From positions 868,001 to 932,000 of the forward strand of contig JAQGDQ010000001.1 in assembly GCA_030141605.1 (NCBI GenBank): a DNA stretch of 64,000 nt, read 5' to 3'. This DNA is from Tubiluchus corallicola (lineage: Eukaryota; Animalia; Priapulida). The translations under genes were made by a program, and so were the position numbers. The notes beneath the pieces are model-generated. The model ran no database searches and had not been told where the DNA came from. It worked only from the letters and a program-made list of their open reading frames with translations. Below are positions 60,731 through 64,000 of this stretch, piece after piece. Position 1 is the first letter of the stretch; each line of letters starts with the position of its first letter.

Positions 60731-63700
60731 TTAATCACCGGCAAGCAATGCGTATGGATTATGCATTACAACTTTTTCTGTAGATGAAGCTTCTGTAGCA
60801 CTGCTGCTTTGATCAGCTTTTTCTGCCCCATCTTCTTCACTGGAACAGCTAGAAAATGGATCAGACGTGGAGCCCAAATCCTCACTGGAGTTGTTCAACT
60901 TATTCATGTTCTGCAGTAGTTCAATTTGATGTGTTTCAGGATGTTGCTCCCAAGATACTGAATTAAGAAGAAAAAACAAAAAAACTACAAAACTTTAAAA
61001 TATAGAGAAGATCCTTATAAGATTACTAGTTAGTGATTAAATGAACCAACAATAATTAACCAGAGGGAAAAAGTGTGAAAGGCTTTTGGGATAGAACACC
61101 AAAACAAGGGGCTGGATAATCTTGTGGAATTCTGGTGCTACTCTTATATTATTCTGATTCCTAAACATTAGCATATTAGCATCATTAATATGCACTCCTC
61201 AGCGTTTACAAACTGTCAAATTTTGTAAACTTCACTCTCAAGTTACCAGCACTTTCTATTTATATATGTTAATTTATTCCTTTTGCTTTCTTTAACTAAT
61301 TTTATTCTGGCAAAACCAATTGTATAGTTCTATTTTTCTTCTTGCGTAGTCATTTATACTCCTTCTCTAACTTATTATATTTCAAACCAGTGTTATTTAA
61401 CTGCAATTTTGTTTTTAATGTTCTTACATTGGTACATAGTGTTTTCACATTTTATCTGCTTTTTTCACCTGATGAGGCCCTTTAGGACAAAAGCTACTGA
61501 ATAAATATTATAGTCTTTGAGACAATAAAGGGCATTATGTTTTTTCTCTGTTTTAATTTACAATGGCACTTACACTGGCACATACTGTTTTAACAATGCA
61601 TCTGTTATTTTCAGCTGATGAGGCACCAGCTAGGGTGACAGCCCATTGAATAATTATTATAACCTTTGAGACTTTAAAGGGCATCACATTTTTTTCTCTG
61701 TTAATGACGACAAGTCTCAGGAGAACTCTCTCATATTACTACCTTTTTGCAGCAACAAGTCTTAACTACCTTTTCGTTTAGTGTAGCCGGGCGGTCGTAA
61801 GCAAAGTCTTAGCCGACCTTCTTGTGCCAGTCGGAGGAGATTATTGGCAGCTCTGTACACGTCATTTCTAGCAGCTCTTGCTGTGAGGAAACCCCGCTTT
61901 TCTGCCCATGCTAGAAATAAAAGAATAAGCAAAATTTCAAAATTTTGCAAACTAGAGTTGTTATCACCTTAATGCAATTGACAAAAAGATTATAAGACCT
62001 TATAAAAATACAAAGCAATTTATCACCAAGGTCCCATTAACATTCATTTTTGCATTTTTAACATAGGATAAACAAAAAATAACACACCATCACACACAAG
62101 CCAAGCTGACCATTCCGCTTCTGCAGAAGATGTGGAGGATGATGATGGCTGGCCATTCGGATGTTTTAACCTCAGTAGATTAACTAATGGAATTCTTTCT
62201 GCTAGATACCCTACTGCAGTATATGGCTCCTGAACTTGAGCAACTGGATATATTCCAGCCAAAACCTAAACAATAAAATAATTAGTATATATTTAATATA
62301 GAAAAGTGATGTAGAATATAGTGACATACATAATATAGAAAACTTGAAAATATAATAGTTAGTGATATGGTTTAGTATTGTTTAGAAATATTTACAAGCA
62401 AAAGCTTCATAGCACTGAAATCAGGAATTTCCTTAACGAGCAACCTAACTTTATCCTTAGTTCTTAAACTCTATGACAATATCAGAGTGCAATCGAAAGT
62501 TGCATTTCAAGTTTTATTATGATAGCACTACCATGCAACTATGTTCGACATTTAAAAGTTTATAACTTTGACATTCTGCAATAAAAGTTCCACATTCTCG
62601 CATGAGCTGCACTACAAGCAGCTTATTTATTATTATATTATGTTACAAATTGAAGTAAAATGTAATGTGTTTCATCAAAAGCCAACCTAATTGCACTAAA
62701 TCCATCAAAACATTACTTTGATTAAATTAACTATTTTTACATCTTCCTCCTTCCTTTATTTATTATCTGTTGCTGTGCACCATTATACTTTCTCCTATTA
62801 AAATTGAATAACATACTTGTAGTGGTTTTTCCACAATTGAAGGGAAAACGAGCCCAGGTGAGTCAACCAAGCGAACCGTTGGTGTGAGAAATATCGTTTG
62901 GAAATGTTTGGTGTGACCGGGCGTCCGTGATACACTCACTACTTTGTTACCAACAAGTGCATTTAATAAAGATGACTTGCCAACATTTGGATGCCCTATT
63001 CATAAAAAATGGTTTTACTTTTCACATACCGCTAAAAATGCCAAAAACCCCTGTTTGTACATTAATTTGTTACAAAATTTTTACTGTCTTTTTTTAGCCA
63101 AATCACTATTATTTTTGCAACCACACAGCCTCATCTTAAATTAGATAAGATTAGAATGAAATAGGAATATGCCAGAATCAGCACCATTACTAAAATAAGT
63201 GCTGGCTTATGAAATGCTGAACTAAATAAAGTATATTGTAAACTAAACACAGTTTGTTTCAAAGACCAAAAAAAATTATATTTCTAATAATACTAGGAAT
63301 ACAAATTACAATGACTAGTAGATTTTTCTAACTTTCCTCACCTACACAACCTATAGATAGGATTTTATTCTTAAACATCTCATGCTCTGATGGTGGGCAT
63401 GGAACGTCATTCGTTTCACTGACTACAGCTTCAGTTTCATGTGTTTCACAATTTTCATCCAGCTCCATCTGTACATCAATCCTGTCATACCAACTAGACA
63501 AATCAACTGCAAGAAAATATTTTTATGTACATTATTGCATTATAGATTGCACAGTGTTATTGGCATTTTGTAATAGTAAAGTAATTCCCAGTACAAGAAG
63601 TTAAAGTAATGATGCAATGATGTAAGACAATAAATTTAAGGATGCATTCTGATTTACTGCTTTCTTAAATAAGAGGCATTATTATAAGTTAGGCGAAAAG

Positions 63701-63951
63701 AGTAACTACATTCACCTATAATATAAGTCAGCTCTGCCAATAAATAGATTCTAGTTTGCAGACTATTTAAATTGATTCCAATTTATATAAAGGTAAAGAC
63801 AGTAGTATTATTTAATAGGCCTATCTGCAGAAAATAATGCAGTTATTTTTACTACCTTGTCCTTTAATAATCTCTTCACAAGCTTTACACAGTTCCTTAG
63901 GCCCTAAAGAAAGATAACTTCTCTTGCCCTTAGGTCTCTTTTTGTGGAACA
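60731..63951 (-). CDS. GNL1: Guanine nucleotide-binding protein-like 1 (circularly permuted YlqF/YawG GTPase), last six exons; 5' part beyond the right edge
   Basis: Exons 63951-63856, 63506-63342, 62995-62817, 62265-62088, 61910-61770, 60957-60731. IGCVGHPNVGKSSLLN (G1), SRTPGHTKHFQT (G2), DSPGLVFPS (G3), LAGIYPVAQVQEPY, WAEKRGFLTARAARNDVYRAANNLLR, acidic tail ending NPYALL. Confidence 0.93.
61460..61705 (+). repeat. Two diverged copies of a ~146-bp-period unit, each starting with a hammerhead-ribozyme-like core
   Basis: TTCACCTGATGAGGCCCTTTAGGACAAAAGCTACTGAATAA and TTCAGCTGATGAGGCACCAGCTAGGGTGACAGCCCATTGAATAA, each followed by CTTTGAGAC..TAAAGGGCAT..TTTTTTTCTCTGTT; inside the last GNL1 intron. 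Confidence 0.6.
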
Positions 63952-64000
63952 CTAAAATGTAAAAAAAAACAAAAAACAAATGTAATTTATACACTTTTAG

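Noticed and set aside
1-64000. Prokaryotic defence or RT-based system suggested by RT and integrase domains
   Set aside because: All RT/integrase sequence belongs to eukaryotic LTR and LINE elements among spliceosomal-intron genes.

Overview
AT-rich, intron-rich animal (invertebrate-like) genomic DNA; no prokaryotic operons, rRNA or CRISPR. Left half: the 5' two-thirds of a natriuretic-peptide-receptor-type membrane guanylyl cyclase gene on the minus strand (ATG 31273, 12 exons traced to position 60, one GC-AG intron; gene runs off the left edge). Its 17-kb first intron carries a young Gmr1-type Ty3/Gypsy LTR retrotransposon (18304-24990, CAGAT target-site duplication, PR-IN-RT-RH order, SCAN-like gag) whose 5' LTR end, primer-binding site and gag N-terminus are deleted while a ~1310-aa ORF stays intact. 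Right half: three plus-strand genes reconstructed by splicing - a coiled-coil protein, a 147-aa secreted two-repeat protein resembling a bacterial repeat family (horizontal-transfer candidate, the most interesting item), and a 377-aa secreted vWA protein with a Cys-bracketed Tyr/Pro/Gly insert - then the 3' six exons of GNL1 (minus). Intergenic and intronic space holds decayed LINEs, Penelope/hammerhead-like remnants, MITEs, foldback minisatellite elements and microsatellites. All exon models were made by eye and family calls from motif recognition, without database searches.
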